This document shows, in pieces, positions 1-10,807 of a DNA stretch of 64,000 nucleotides (positions are counted from its first letter, which is position 1; each line of letters opens with the position of its first letter). The position numbers and the translations under genes are program-made. The stretch is from an uncultured Nitrososphaeraceae archaeon (GTDB lineage: Archaea > Thermoproteota > Nitrososphaeria > Nitrososphaerales > Nitrososphaeraceae). Location of the stretch: contig CAWGVG010000062.1 of assembly GCA_963825865.1 (NCBI GenBank), positions 64,001 to 128,000 of the forward strand. Direction: 5' to 3'. Under the pieces are notes generated by a model that did not search any database, had not been told where the DNA came from, and worked only from the letters and a program-made list of their open reading frames with translations.

Positions 1-147
1 ACTGATATCTTAACGTAGTAATAATAATGTGTATCTCTATAATAAATTGGTATTGTAATCGTAGTGTCTTTCCAATTAGTTTTTAATGTTTTACAATCAT
101 CTATGGAAGACTAGTACCATCTTATTATCTATATAGCAAATAGAAAG

Positions 148-339
148 TCAAGCTGGCTGTCTTCCGCCTGTAAAGCTAACGAATTCCGCAATTAACTTGA
201 TCATAAAAGCTATCCCCCCGACAACGCCCAAGCCAAGGAGTACTAGCCGTAAATGTGTCATATAGTCATCTTTGCTCGTCTTCTTTGCTAGTTTCAATGT
301 CTGAAACATTTCCAAAACTTTATGTTCAATGAAAGCCAA
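148..339 (-). CDS. secE: Protein translocase subunit SecE/Sec61-gamma
   Basis: 63 aa; LKLAKKTSKDDY followed by one transmembrane helix (LVLLGLGVVGGIAFMIKLI), the typical Sec61-gamma layout. Confidence 0.85.
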   Translation of the reverse strand: MAFIEHKVLEMFQTLKLAKKTSKDDYMTHLRLVLLGLGVVGGIAFMIKLIAEFVSFTGGRQPA

Positions 340-772
340 AAAGCCTCATTTCTTATCCTTCTTACGTAGTATTTGAACTTTACCGTCTGTTACTCATTTC
401 AATCGAGGTCTTTTACTAGTCTATATCTTATAATAGTTATTATACTAGGAAGAGTGCAGTATCATATCTTTTTGATTGTTATTAATAAATCTTCAGAAGA
501 TGTTTTCTAACTATTTTTGTTCTCATAGGTAGACAATGACCATCGATCTTATTATCACACTATTATATTTCTACCTCTCCAATGCCATATACTCTTTCTT
601 CACAAATAACATGTTTGTGATATAAAATGGTCTTAACTGTTCGGGTCAGGAATGTTCCCAACTTCCCTTTAAGGTGACAGAACCAAATTTAAAAAAAGCT
701 GCCATTTTTTCAGATGAAAATACTGCATAATTCATTTCTGAATATGATATTTTATGTTTTACCGTCTACCTT

Positions 773-1243
773 TTATCTTGAAAGAGATGGATGAATTACA
801 TATATTGGATCTTTTTCTGTCCTCTGCATTTCAACGAATGTCTCAGTGTTTTGGATTCCTTCAATTTTGCCAATGCGCTCAATGACGACATTGTGCAGTT
901 CCTCGAGCGTACGCGCGCTCACGCTAACGATCATATCAAACCTACCTGTGACCTCAGATAATGATCTAATTTCTGTGACCTTTAACAATTCAGAATGAAT
1001 AGGTTCTTTTAATTTTGGATCTCTGTTAATGCCGACTGTCGCCTTTACATTGATACCAAGTATGCCTTCATTGACTATGACTGTAAATTTTTTTATGAGG
1101 CTACGTTTTTCAAGACGTTTTATTCTACTATAAAGAACAGATGCATTAACATTGAGTTTTTTGCTAAGATGCGGTACAGAAATACTTGCATCTTTGGTCA
1201 GTTCAGATAATATCCTCATATCTAACTCGTCAAATCTTTGCAA
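773..1243 (-). CDS. Lrp/AsnC family transcriptional regulator
   Basis: N-terminal DELDMRILSEL HTH with RIKRLEK; C-terminal RAM domain VTGRFDMIV. Confidence 0.9.
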   Translation of the reverse strand: MQRFDELDMRILSELTKDASISVPHLSKKLNVNASVLYSRIKRLEKRSLIKKFTVIVNEGILGINVKATVGINRDPKLKEPIHSELLKVTEIRSLSEVTGRFDMIVSVSARTLEELHNVVIERIGKIEGIQNTETFVEMQRTEKDPIYVIHPSLSR

Positions 1244-1427
1244 ATTTTATCCTCTTTAGTGTTCGCAGACTACATTAATAAATGTAATTTTTGAAAATTT
1301 TATAAATCTGGTAAACTACTAATCGCTATTGTTCAACGTTGGCATTACAATTAATCTATCACAATAGCTATTATATTTAGAGGCGCAAGAGCAAATATTA
1401 TATAATTTACGGCAGGATTGTGAATAG

Positions 1428-1937
1428 ATGTTTGGCTTAAGCAGGGGACGATTAAAGCCTGGTGAATATGTCTTTGTAGTTCAAAAAGAGCACAATTATA
1501 ATACACTAGTTATCGGAGCTGTTCAATCGATAACAGGGAGCAAAATTCAGGTAAGAGGCACTTATGTTCGCCCTATAGGCTTAATCGAGAGTATAGAATC
1601 AGGACGTATTGCAGGTAGGCCTAAAGAAGTTCTTAGCAATCCAGACCCAAACAATTGCATTTTTATGTTGATTGATAGGGTTGAAACTGGAAGCTTTAAC
1701 CAAGAGATTGACCAGAGTGCTAACAAAATAACATGGATAAACGAAAAGCGTTTTTTTGTTCTTGATGGTTGGATAAGGGAGAGTCTTCCAGATATGTTTG
1801 CAGATGTATTAAGAGCATATACAGAGCACGAGCGAATGCAAGCAAGAGCTGTTCTTCTAGAAAAGATGAACTCACTCTATGATAAAGATCTTAAGGATCA
1901 CCTTTATGCAGTTGCGAGGAGCACAAAAGTTCTGTAA
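1428..1937 (+). CDS. Conserved hypothetical protein
   Basis: Intact 169 aa ORF with TATA-like element upstream; no recognisable motif. Confidence 0.7.
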   Translation: MFGLSRGRLKPGEYVFVVQKEHNYNTLVIGAVQSITGSKIQVRGTYVRPIGLIESIESGRIAGRPKEVLSNPDPNNCIFMLIDRVETGSFNQEIDQSANKITWINEKRFFVLDGWIRESLPDMFADVLRAYTEHERMQARAVLLEKMNSLYDKDLKDHLYAVARSTKVL

Positions 1938-1943
1938 ATACTT

Positions 1944-1957
1944 GAAAGTTTTATATT
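1944..1957 (+). promoter_or_regulatory. BRE/TATA promoter element for rpl12
   Basis: GAAAG followed by TTTTATATT about 30 nt upstream of the ATG at 1986. Confidence 0.5.
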
Positions 1958-1985
1958 ATGGTCATAGATAGACCTTCTTTTGATC

Positions 1986-2298
1986 ATGGAATATGTCTAT
2001 GCCGCTTTATTGTTACACAAATTAAAGCAAAGCGTAACAGAAGATAATGTCAAGAATGTTATAACGGCAACAGGTACCGCTCCTGATGACGTTAAGGTGA
2101 AAGCATTAGTTGGAGCTTTGAGCGAAATAAATATAGATGAGGCTTTAAAGGCAGCTCCACTAACAACGGTTGCATCTGGCAGCTCCTACCGCTGATACGG
2201 CGACAGCTGGCTCCGGAACTCCACCAAAGGAGGAAGAGAAGAAGGAAGAGAAGAAGGAGGAAGAGGCATTAGAAGGGCTTTCGGCTTTATTCGGCTAA
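1986..2298 (+). CDS. rpl12: 50S ribosomal protein L12 (P1/P2 type); frameshift near 2175-2190
   Basis: MEYVYAALLLH N-terminus; the acidic tail EEEKKEEKKEEEALEGLSALFG* continues in another frame to TAA at 2296-2298. Confidence 0.92.
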
Positions 2299-2340
2299 TT
2301 TATCAATATCTAAACTTCTATTGTTGTAGGAAGAGGGGGT

Positions 2341-3237
2341 TTACTGAAAGTCATAACCCTTCTTCTTTGTTTCATCTTTCAGTATTTTTGCTTTGGTGTA
2401 TGCCCTCCTGAGAACAAACTCTGCAGTATCTGACGACATATATCCTGATTCTGCAGCCAATGCGACTGCATCATGTTGTGCTCTTACTAATAATGGTTTG
2501 ACCGTTTCCGTTGTAATATAGCCCGCTTCTATTGATAATGCAATGGCTTCCTGGAATGACCTTTCAAATTCTTTACGATATTCCTTCAAGTCTATCTTTA
2601 GATCGCTTTCTTCGAAAAGAAGACCTTCAGCGATTGCAGAATTAACAGCAATTCCTGCTTCAATTGGTTTAATATTGAGCTTGCTCATTAATGATGCAAG
2701 TTTTGGAGAAATGACATTGCCTGGCCTTGTCGTCACAGTGTCCTTAGTTACCCATATACTTCCCTGATCTATTTTCGTAGGAACATTTGCCTCCTTGAAT
2801 TCTGAAAGGACTGGGCCAGGACTAATGCCCGTATTTCCTGCAGGAATTATGATTTCCTTTGTAGCAATATCTCCGCCCTTTGCTGGTAGAAATATCTTAT
2901 TTTGGTTCAGAATCAAGTTGAGTTTAAATGCATTGATGTTAGTAAACATCAATGCGCACTGGCCTTCCAATTCCTTGCTCAGATTCGCTAGACCTTGTAC
3001 ACTCGTTATTTTTTCAAATGCTCTTTGCGCAACCTTGTTTTTTATTACTAGAATCTTTATGTTATCTCGAAATTTTTTACGGATCGTCATCAGTTGTGTA
3101 GCACGAACCCCTGTCATCTTTGAAAGTGCAATAACATCATAGTTCTTCGGAAGCTCCTGTAGCTCATGGTACATCAACCTCTTCTTCTTTGGATAACTTT
3201 TACGCTCTTTTTTGGCTGTTGTTACTTGAGCGATCAT
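2341..3237 (-). CDS. rpl10: 50S ribosomal protein L10 (P0)
   Basis: PAKGGDIA, IPAGNTGISPGP and KLNIKPIEAG motifs of archaeal P0. Confidence 0.95.
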   Translation of the reverse strand: MIAQVTTAKKERKSYPKKKRLMYHELQELPKNYDVIALSKMTGVRATQLMTIRKKFRDNIKILVIKNKVAQRAFEKITSVQGLANLSKELEGQCALMFTNINAFKLNLILNQNKIFLPAKGGDIATKEIIIPAGNTGISPGPVLSEFKEANVPTKIDQGSIWVTKDTVTTRPGNVISPKLASLMSKLNIKPIEAGIAVNSAIAEGLLFEESDLKIDLKEYRKEFERSFQEAIALSIEAGYITTETVKPLLVRAQHDAVALAAESGYMSSDTAEFVLRRAYTKAKILKDETKKKGYDFQ

Positions 3238-3239
3238 TA

Positions 3240-3916
3240 TTATCGGTCAGCCTTCTTTTCTTTTTCTTCTTTCAGTGTCGTCAGTTTCGCTGCCTTACCC
3301 ATAGTAAACTTTACCATTGCATTACGAAGGTTCTTTTCGCCTTGTGGCAGTTTTTTTTCAATTGTAGCGATAACAGTGCTAGCATTTGATGTCAGTTGAC
3401 TATCGTCCATTTCTTCATCACCAATTTTGGCAGATACATTAAGCTGATTTTTTGCTCTTACGCGAACCGAACTTTTCAAACGAGTCGTAATTGCTTCTAT
3501 TGGTGCGCCGTATGGCATTGGTGTAGGCATTTTTCCTTTAGGGCCTAGAAATTGTCCCAATGAGCGCCCAACTGTCGCCATAAATGCTGTATCAGAGAGA
3601 AAAAAGTCATATGCTTTTACCGTTTTTCGTGCTTCCTTCTTGTTAGTCCCCAACCTGTCCAATTCTTCCGGTTCTATTACTCTATCAACTTCTGCCTTAC
3701 GCGATCTTGTAACCATATCACCGGATGCGATCACACATATATTTGCCTCGCGGCTGGTCTGTTCGGTAATGTCACTACCTCATTAAGATTAAATCCCTTT
3801 TTGACGTCTATATCCTTCAGAACAAGTGTTAATTCGACTGATTGTTTGAAGCCACGCTTTGTTCCGCCCTCTCTAGCCCGTTTCATTAGCTCTTTAAGTT
3901 GGCTATCGTTTAACAT
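3240..3916 (-). CDS. rpl1: 50S ribosomal protein L1; frameshift near 3735-3750
   Basis: KRGFKQSVEL in the first fragment; LGPKGKMPTP and KFTMGK in the second. Confidence 0.93.
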
Positions 3917-4128
3917 ACTTCGGTACAGATTGTCTTTGAATAGAAAGCTACTTAAAATCGTTTAGCAATAGCAGTGTACAAATATTTATCTTAGTGCCCG
4001 TTGCTGATTTTATAAATTAGGTTAATGACAACAGTAAATACAATGCACACTATGACGATATATATATATATATATAGAATGGCAATTGATGAGACGATAA
4101 TGTTCTCTTTCGACCACCCATTGAAAGG

Positions 4129-4217
4129 TGGCGGGCCCGGTGGGCTTCGATCCCACGACTTCCGGCTCTCCTCGAATTTAGAAGGCAGGCGCTCTATCCA
4201 TGCTGAGCTACGGGCCC
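4129..4217 (-). tRNA. tRNA-Arg(TCT) with an 11-nt intron at 37/38 (plus-strand 4168-4178) and encoded CCA
   Basis: Minus strand reads GGGCCCG TA GCTC..GAGC G CCTGC CTTCTA [AATTCGAGGAG] A GCCGG AAGTC GTGGG ATCGAAG CCCAC CGGGCCC G CCA; the cloverleaf folds. Confidence 0.92.
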
Positions 4218-4530
4218 GCATAGATAGGCCTACTCTATACTTACTAATTTTTGTATTACAAAGTATCCTAACATGGGTAACGTGAAGAAAAATAGCCTTT
4301 ATAAAATGTTTAGATTTAAATATATATCATTTTACACTCTGAGTCACGTGTCATAGTTGCAAAAGATGCTGCTACAGCAGTTATTAAAAAGTGAAAAACA
4401 TTGTGTTACTATAAGAAGTCTTTATCCGTTCAGTTTTTATAATAAAAAAACTATAATAATTAGACGCTCTTAATTAAGAAACCGCAATCATACCAAAAGG
4501 TTATACTGGTGTAAAAACATGTGATAACAA

Positions 4531-5765
4531 ATGGCAATACACATTGGTATTAATGATGATAATAAAGCTGAGTTACAAAGCAATAACAGAGGATACTCTT
4601 CTAACCACCTGAAACAACTAACAGAGGTATTAGATATATATGATAAAAGGAACAATACTAACAAAAAATAATCGAAATACTTCAGAGAAGGAAACAACAG
4701 AGGAAAAAAGGGTTCTTTTATCAACAATTCAAAAAGATCTTCGAGAGATTTACCTCAGACTAGATAGAACTAAATCCATACTTCATACTGCAGGCAGCAT
4801 AGATGTGGGAAATACGCCACATAAAGTAATAGAGGAAACGAAGGCGTACAAACTTTTACACTACCGTCCATGGGTTAGCAAGCCAGTAAAAACACCGCTT
4901 TTAGTCATTTACGCATTGATCAACAAATCATACGTATTGGATTTGCAACAAGATAAAAGCTGGGTTCGTAATTTGTTAAGACAAGGTTTCAATGTTTATC
5001 TAGTGGATTGGAAAACACCGACACGTGCTGACAAGTATGTGTCATTTGACGATTATGTAAATTGTTATATCGATGACTGCGTAGAACTTGTCAGAAGAAA
5101 GAATTCTATCGATAAGATAACTTTACATGGCTATTGTATGGGCGCCACAATGTCCGTGATTTATACCACCCTATACCAAGAAAAAGTTAGGAATCTGGCT
5201 GCCATAGCACCGGTGATTGATACTGAAAAAGACACTACCGTACTTAGTAATTTTTCAAAACATATAGACATCGATAAAATTTTTGATTCCTTTGGATATT
5301 TACCTCCTGAGCAACTTTATGCATGCTATTCAACATTGAAGCCATTTAGGCAGGGAATAAATAAGTACTTCAACTTGGTAGAGAATATTGATAACGAGCA
5401 ATTTGTTCAGAACTTTCTTCGAATAGAGAAGTGGCTTTATGACACACCTCCTATCGCAGGCGAAACTATTAGGCAATGGATAAAAGATATTTATCAAAAG
5501 AACCTTCTTGTAAACAATGAGATGAAGATAGGTAACGAAGTTATCGATCTAACAAAAATTAAAATTCCTCTTCTTACAATAGTTGCTGAAGAGGATCATC
5601 TCGTATCGCCAGAGTGCAGCGCTGCCATTAAATAACGCAGTTTCAAGCATGGATAAGAGATTAATGCGCTTCCAGACGGGTCATGTAGGCCTCATCGCTA
5701 GCACTTATTCTCAGAATAATGTTCTTCCAAAAGTTGGACAATGGCTCAAATCTAGATCACAATAA
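4531..5765 (+). CDS. phaC: Class III polyhydroxyalkanoate synthase PhaC; frameshifts near 4665 and 5625
   Basis: PLLVIYALINKSYVLDLQ, lipase box GYCMG, catalytic Asp in AEEDHLV and His in TGHVG (second fragment). Confidence 0.92.
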
Positions 5766-5915
5766 GAGTTGTTTTAATAATAAAAACGATTTTACTTACT
5801 AATTGTCCCTGATGTATTGCAACTATGAATTTGTGCACCACATATGCATATTTGGTTTTTTATCTGCGATTTCTATTTCTTTATAGAGGAGATATTATCG
5901 ACGCGTTTTTTAAAT

Positions 5916-6230
5916 TTACTTGGTTTCATTAGATGACTTTCGTCCTCTATCTATCGGTATCAATATGACTTGTACTAGGTCGCCCTCTTCAATATTCAAA
6001 GCCTGTCTTTCAGCTTCTGGAATAGATATCCGGCCCCCTGTTTGGACAGTTGTTTTAAACATAGCGTTGTAATGTGTCATGCCTTGGAGCATAGAAAAGA
6101 AGTTCTGCATAGCATCGTGTTGAACCGACGAAAAATATTTTATAAAGTCTCGTTGAACTTCACTTCCTTTTTCAACTGCTTTTTTAAAAGCATCCGCAGT
6201 ATCATTTGGTGCGCCAGTATTGTCGCTCAT
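5916..6230 (-). CDS. AbrB/SpoVT-domain regulator, PhaR-like
   Basis: C-terminal FKTTVQTGGRISIPEAERQALNIEEGDLV AbrB fold; convergent with phaC. Confidence 0.8.
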   Translation of the reverse strand: MSDNTGAPNDTADAFKKAVEKGSEVQRDFIKYFSSVQHDAMQNFFSMLQGMTHYNAMFKTTVQTGGRISIPEAERQALNIEEGDLVQVILIPIDRGRKSSNETK

Positions 6231-6503
6231 TAAAAGGGTGTTGTATTACCATTTATTTAACATTATATAACATTTTTATTGAATAACGAATGTCATACCT
6301 TCCTATCTCGAATCAGAAATGATGGATCATATAGAATAGAAAGAAGATGCTGGTAGGTTATGTCCTTCATACTTTGCAACCTAAGTCTATTAATGGACAA
6401 GAATTATTTTCGATGAGGAAACAGATAATCAGTCCCAAAACCGTATCTATAACAGATCGGCATGATAATATTTGTTTTGTACCCAAATAGAAATCTATAA
6501 TAT

Positions 6504-6800
6504 ATGCCTAAACTTTTATTTGTATTAGATATTCGTATGCTTATGTCTTACAGCGACCCTGTAAATGAACAGTTAAAGCGATTTGAAAATTTAAAACAAA
6601 GGCTAGAAGGTCCAGAGTTACAACTAGAAATAACAACGAATTTAGACAAATTCAGAGAGCAAAATCGGCTAATTCATTCAGATATTATAAAGGAAGCTAT
6701 TGACAAAATGGAATTGTTAATCATAGATGAAGATTTGATAAATGCGCTAGGCTACAAGATGTATATCGAACGTTTAATATCATTATTGCAACTTATCTGA
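6504..6800 (+). CDS. Hypothetical protein
   Basis: Helical, charged ORF; the true start is probably the internal ATG at 6543. Confidence 0.5.
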   Translation: MPKLLFVLDIRMLMSYSDPVNEQLKRFENLKQRLEGPELQLEITTNLDKFREQNRLIHSDIIKEAIDKMELLIIDEDLINALGYKMYIERLISLLQLI

Positions 6801-6962
6801 ATATTTTATGTTTAAAGACAGCTTTCACATTTTACAAGCATTTTCAATTAATTTTATTATATGTGACAAATTCTGCTGCTTTAACAAGACGCAGTATTCG
6901 ATTGTTGTAAAAGAGCTTTAAGAGTTACCTATTCTTAACAACGTACTTACGTACTCATTATC

Positions 6963-7281
6963 CTACTGTAGTGGATTAATCGAATGTCCAATAATGATAT
7001 TTCCTTTCATTACAATGCAGCATGCACATTTTTGCTGCCAAACAGATCCTGGCTTCTTCGTGTTTACAGATTGAACATATACAGGCCTGCGCCGTAATAC
7101 TATCGATCTTCTTCTTTTCCTTGGACTTTACATCAACATATAGCCATAATGCAACAAGTGGTAAACCGATCGAGAAAAATACGATGATTGTTCGAATAGG
7201 AATGCGTAAAACAAATAATGAGATGCCAAAGCATACTGTACCGATCCCAAGGGCTAAAAGCCAACGTGTTGTAATATTCAT
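6963..7281 (-). CDS. Two-TM membrane protein with Cys/His-rich C-terminus; frameshift near 7035
   Basis: Two hydrophobic helices, then CICSICKH..C; the shifted frame gives KCACCIVMKGNIIIGHSINPLQ*. Confidence 0.65.
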
Positions 7282-7549
7282 ATTGTGACTTATAATATAT
7301 ATGTCACTCTTCTTTAATAACTTCTATACTCGTACTCGCATTTTTTTGCAGCTGTTTTACTTTCTCAAGTATTTTTCTCTCCAAGTAAAAAGCCTATATA
7401 GCCGCGGATGATATAGTCTTAAGATGCCATTCTAGATTGTTACTGATACTTCTTACCACATTTTATATGATATACCTTTTTTTTGTTTCTATATTTTTTG
7501 TTTACAATCACAATAACATCATACAACCTCGTTTAATCCTCATTATAAG

Positions 7550-8398
7550 TCACTTTATTGATGCGAGAGATTCCAGTAGAATCCTTGCTGCTAAATACGC
7601 TGTTATATTGTTAACATCAAAATCAGGAGAAAGTTCCACTATATCGATTCCGACAATTCCACTGCCCACAGCTTGTTTTAAAAGATATATAAGATCGACG
7701 CTCGATAAACCGCCAGGAGTAGGTACCGAGACTCCCGGAGCAAATGCTGGATCAAGGCAATCCAGATCAATAGAAACATACTTTTTGTCGGACATTCTAG
7801 ACATAAGCCTTTCAGCAATCTTTAAAACCCCTGCTTCTGCAATATCCATAGGTGTAATAATTTCTAATCCAACCTTCGCTGCATTTTCCATTTCTTCAGG
7901 CTCAGCGGCTCTAATTCCTATTAACATGCTTTTTTTAAAATCTAGTGATTGTGTAGAGTCTGTTAGTATAGATCCGTAATAATTTCTCGTTGATGAAACA
8001 AAGTCTGGATGAGCATCAAAGTAAAGTAGACCAATTTCACCCAATGCATTTCCAATTGCTTGTAAAGCTACAGTTGTAATAGAATGGTCACCACCGATAA
8101 TAATTGGTATTTTATTATCTGACACTAAATCAAAAATTAATTGATACAGGTCTTCTCTCTTGACATTACCCACATCTAATACTCGTTTATTATCAAGACT
8201 ACCCCGCATAGGAGAGATAGGAATAATTTTACCAGCTCTTTTGAAAAACTCTGACTCATTTGAGGCGAGACGAAGAATATCTGGACCTTTACTTGTGCCT
8301 TTGCGTTTCGCGTGGGATTTTGATTCATCTGGCACACCAATTAAGACGATATCAGCATCTGTGATTGTATCAGCAGTAGAACGATAAAAATGAACCAT
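7550..8398 (-). CDS. speB: Agmatinase / ureohydrolase family
   Basis: GGDHS, DAHPD and DLDCLDPAFAPG metal-binding motifs. Confidence 0.88.
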   Translation of the reverse strand: MVHFYRSTADTITDADIVLIGVPDESKSHAKRKGTSKGPDILRLASNESEFFKRAGKIIPISPMRGSLDNKRVLDVGNVKREDLYQLIFDLVSDNKIPIIIGGDHSITTVALQAIGNALGEIGLLYFDAHPDFVSSTRNYYGSILTDSTQSLDFKKSMLIGIRAAEPEEMENAAKVGLEIITPMDIAEAGVLKIAERLMSRMSDKKYVSIDLDCLDPAFAPGVSVPTPGGLSSVDLIYLLKQAVGSGIVGIDIVELSPDFDVNNITAYLAARILLESLASIK

Positions 8399-8562
8399 GG
8401 ATTATTATTAATCGATCTACAATTCCAACTTATAATATATAAGATGCTGCTTACGAAAAAATAATATCATGGCACAATGGTGTGGCGTTTGAATTCTTTA
8501 ACTTCGGAAAAATATCTTAAAATAAAAGGCTTTTATCTGGTTAATATATCGTATTCACTAAT

Positions 8563-8988
8563 ATGGGTAGAATGAAAAATGCATCAAACAGATCCAGTGA
8601 AGAAGAAACCCTGCCAAGCTGGGCCGAAGATGAAATTAGATCTGTCCAATTTGGAGAACCTGAAATCATTGTAAGAACAGGATATATCCTCGATATTTAT
8701 GAGAAGGGTTATAAAATAGATATTCAGCTTTATGAAGCTCTACCTGATGGTAGAACTATTATTGAGGATTTGGATGTTCCTAAATCGATGAAGATTTCCA
8801 GCTTTATGAAAGGTTTTGTTTATGAATTTAAAATAAAAATGTTCAGGGGGCCTTTGAGTGTAAAACTTGTTGAATTATTGAAAATAAAATTTGCGCTTGA
8901 AATGGATGCAGTTTATAGATTTGAACTGCAAGAATTGCAGATGATGGACGTAGAGTCCGACCAGCCGTCAACCACGTATTCAGACTAA
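8563..8988 (+). CDS. Conserved hypothetical protein
   Basis: Intact acidic ORF with TTTATCT/TTAATATA upstream. Confidence 0.7.
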   Translation: MGRMKNASNRSSEEETLPSWAEDEIRSVQFGEPEIIVRTGYILDIYEKGYKIDIQLYEALPDGRTIIEDLDVPKSMKISSFMKGFVYEFKIKMFRGPLSVKLVELLKIKFALEMDAVYRFELQELQMMDVESDQPSTTYSD

Positions 8989-9218
8989 AATGCTGCATCT
9001 GACTGGAATATCTTCCTCATCTGACTATTTCGGTCCTGTTAGAAACCTTACAAGAGTATTTCCTAATATTTTAGATTCATCAGGTAGCAAATTTCACTAA
9101 ATTGGATCAAGTGTGCAATTGAAAGCACGCGTTGTTGGTTACAAAAAAGTCTATTGTCGCCTGTCTTTCAGATCCCGATGATCTGCTTGTTATCGCAATT
9201 ACTTGTCGATCTTGTTTT

Positions 9219-10351
9219 CTATGTTTTATTATCTTCATGTTCATCAATAATCTTCTTTTTATTACTAGTGGTTTCAGAAGCATTATTATTTCTATCAGCA
9301 ATTAATGAGTCGGACCAGAGTTTTGTATTTCTGACGGCAGAACTTTTACCTATTGTTAGCTTCATCAATGCAATCCACATCATAATAAGTGGTATATGGT
9401 ACGACGCAATTCTCCATGCTATGATGACGTTTAATTGAGAATTGTTTACCACATCTTTAAAAGATGGAATACCGTTTAGGTTAGAGATATATGCCCAAAT
9501 TCCTAATTCTGCCAATCCGGACCCACCTATCGTAATTGGCAGTGTTGATAATGCAGTAGATGCGGAAGTTGCCAATAATGACTCGAATAAACCAATACGA
9601 GATCCTACTGAATTTGCAAGTACCATAAATGATACTCCCTGAAGTAAGAATGCCACGAAAGTTATTGCAACTCCTACTACAAAAATTTTGGCAGCTCTTA
9701 CAGAGTTAAAATTTTCTCTACTCATTTTACATACATCTCCTATTGCCGTATTGGCCGAATTGATCATTCGATCTGCCTTTTCTTTAGCTAAGAATAACCT
9801 TAATATTTTCATTGTAAAAAATGGTAAACGGAGATTACGTTTTGCAGAAAAAATGACCAGCAATAGCCAAAACATTAGAGTAGGAATAGCAACTAGCACT
9901 ATTGAAATTCCAATAAAATAGCCACCATTATAAATTGCTACTGCTCCAGCTATAAATGCAAGCATGGTACCTACAAAAACATCAGCAATGATTTCCATCG
10001 TTGTAACCCATGCTGCCTTTTCCGGCTGGTACTCCGTTCTTTGTTAAGAATGCGATTCTTACTATTTCTCCTCCAACAAATGACGGAGTTGTTTGTGTTA
10101 CGAATTCGCCTGCTAATCTGGCTGCAATTATCTTGCCAGTAGAACTTATATCATGGCCAATAAACTCTGTAATAAAGTATTTGAATCGAAGTGCTTGTAA
10201 CATAATTTTACCCATGACAGAAGCTGACAGAGGCTATGAATGGGAGTAGGCCTACCGCAAGTAGATCGCTAGGCGAGACACGAGTTAAGAAGAACATGAT
10301 TAGCAATGGCACAACACTTGCGGGTATTGCGAGCAGTCTCCACTTCAACAT
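9219..10351 (-). CDS. Lysylphosphatidylglycerol-synthase TM-domain (UPF0104, flippase-like) membrane protein; two frameshifts
   Basis: TPSFVGGEIVR, LPITIGGSGLAE and WRIASY motifs; N-terminus MLKWRLLAIPA begins at ATG 10351. Confidence 0.8.
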
Positions 10352-10807
10352 TATTCATTGACCTGGGTCATATAATAATTAATAGAAAGTAATTGACTAC
10401 TGCAGTAGACTTTCAAGTAAGGAGACATTAGGAACGAATGTTGCACCCTCCTAAATTCTCTGCATGAATATCCAAAGAAGATGTCTCAACCTGAACAGAA
10501 AAATCTATTAGGATTAATTCGTGTCATTTAATCCCACTAGATATACTAACACTGATACAATTGCTTTTATCTGATCGCAAGATTCTTTAAGACTTTATGA
10601 ATTTCTTGAATTTGACATCATAACGATGCCAATTATGACCAAATGCGCAAGGAAAGGATATTTAACAGTATAATCATATCTTATCGTTTATCTTATAATC
10701 TTTCTGCTCTCTCTTGTAAAGCCGTTCAAATTATTATACAGTAGTTCTAGTCCATGTTAGAAAGTAAACATACAAACATAGCGATGACTGATTATTATCA
10801 ACGTTAT

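Noticed and set aside
4129-4160. tRNA-Arg 3' end as an integration (att) site
   Set aside because: I saw no second copy of the tRNA 3' end in the window, and the flanks are core genes.
3991-4285. ORFs overlapping the tRNA
   Set aside because: They are translations of tRNA-Arg and a TA microsatellite.
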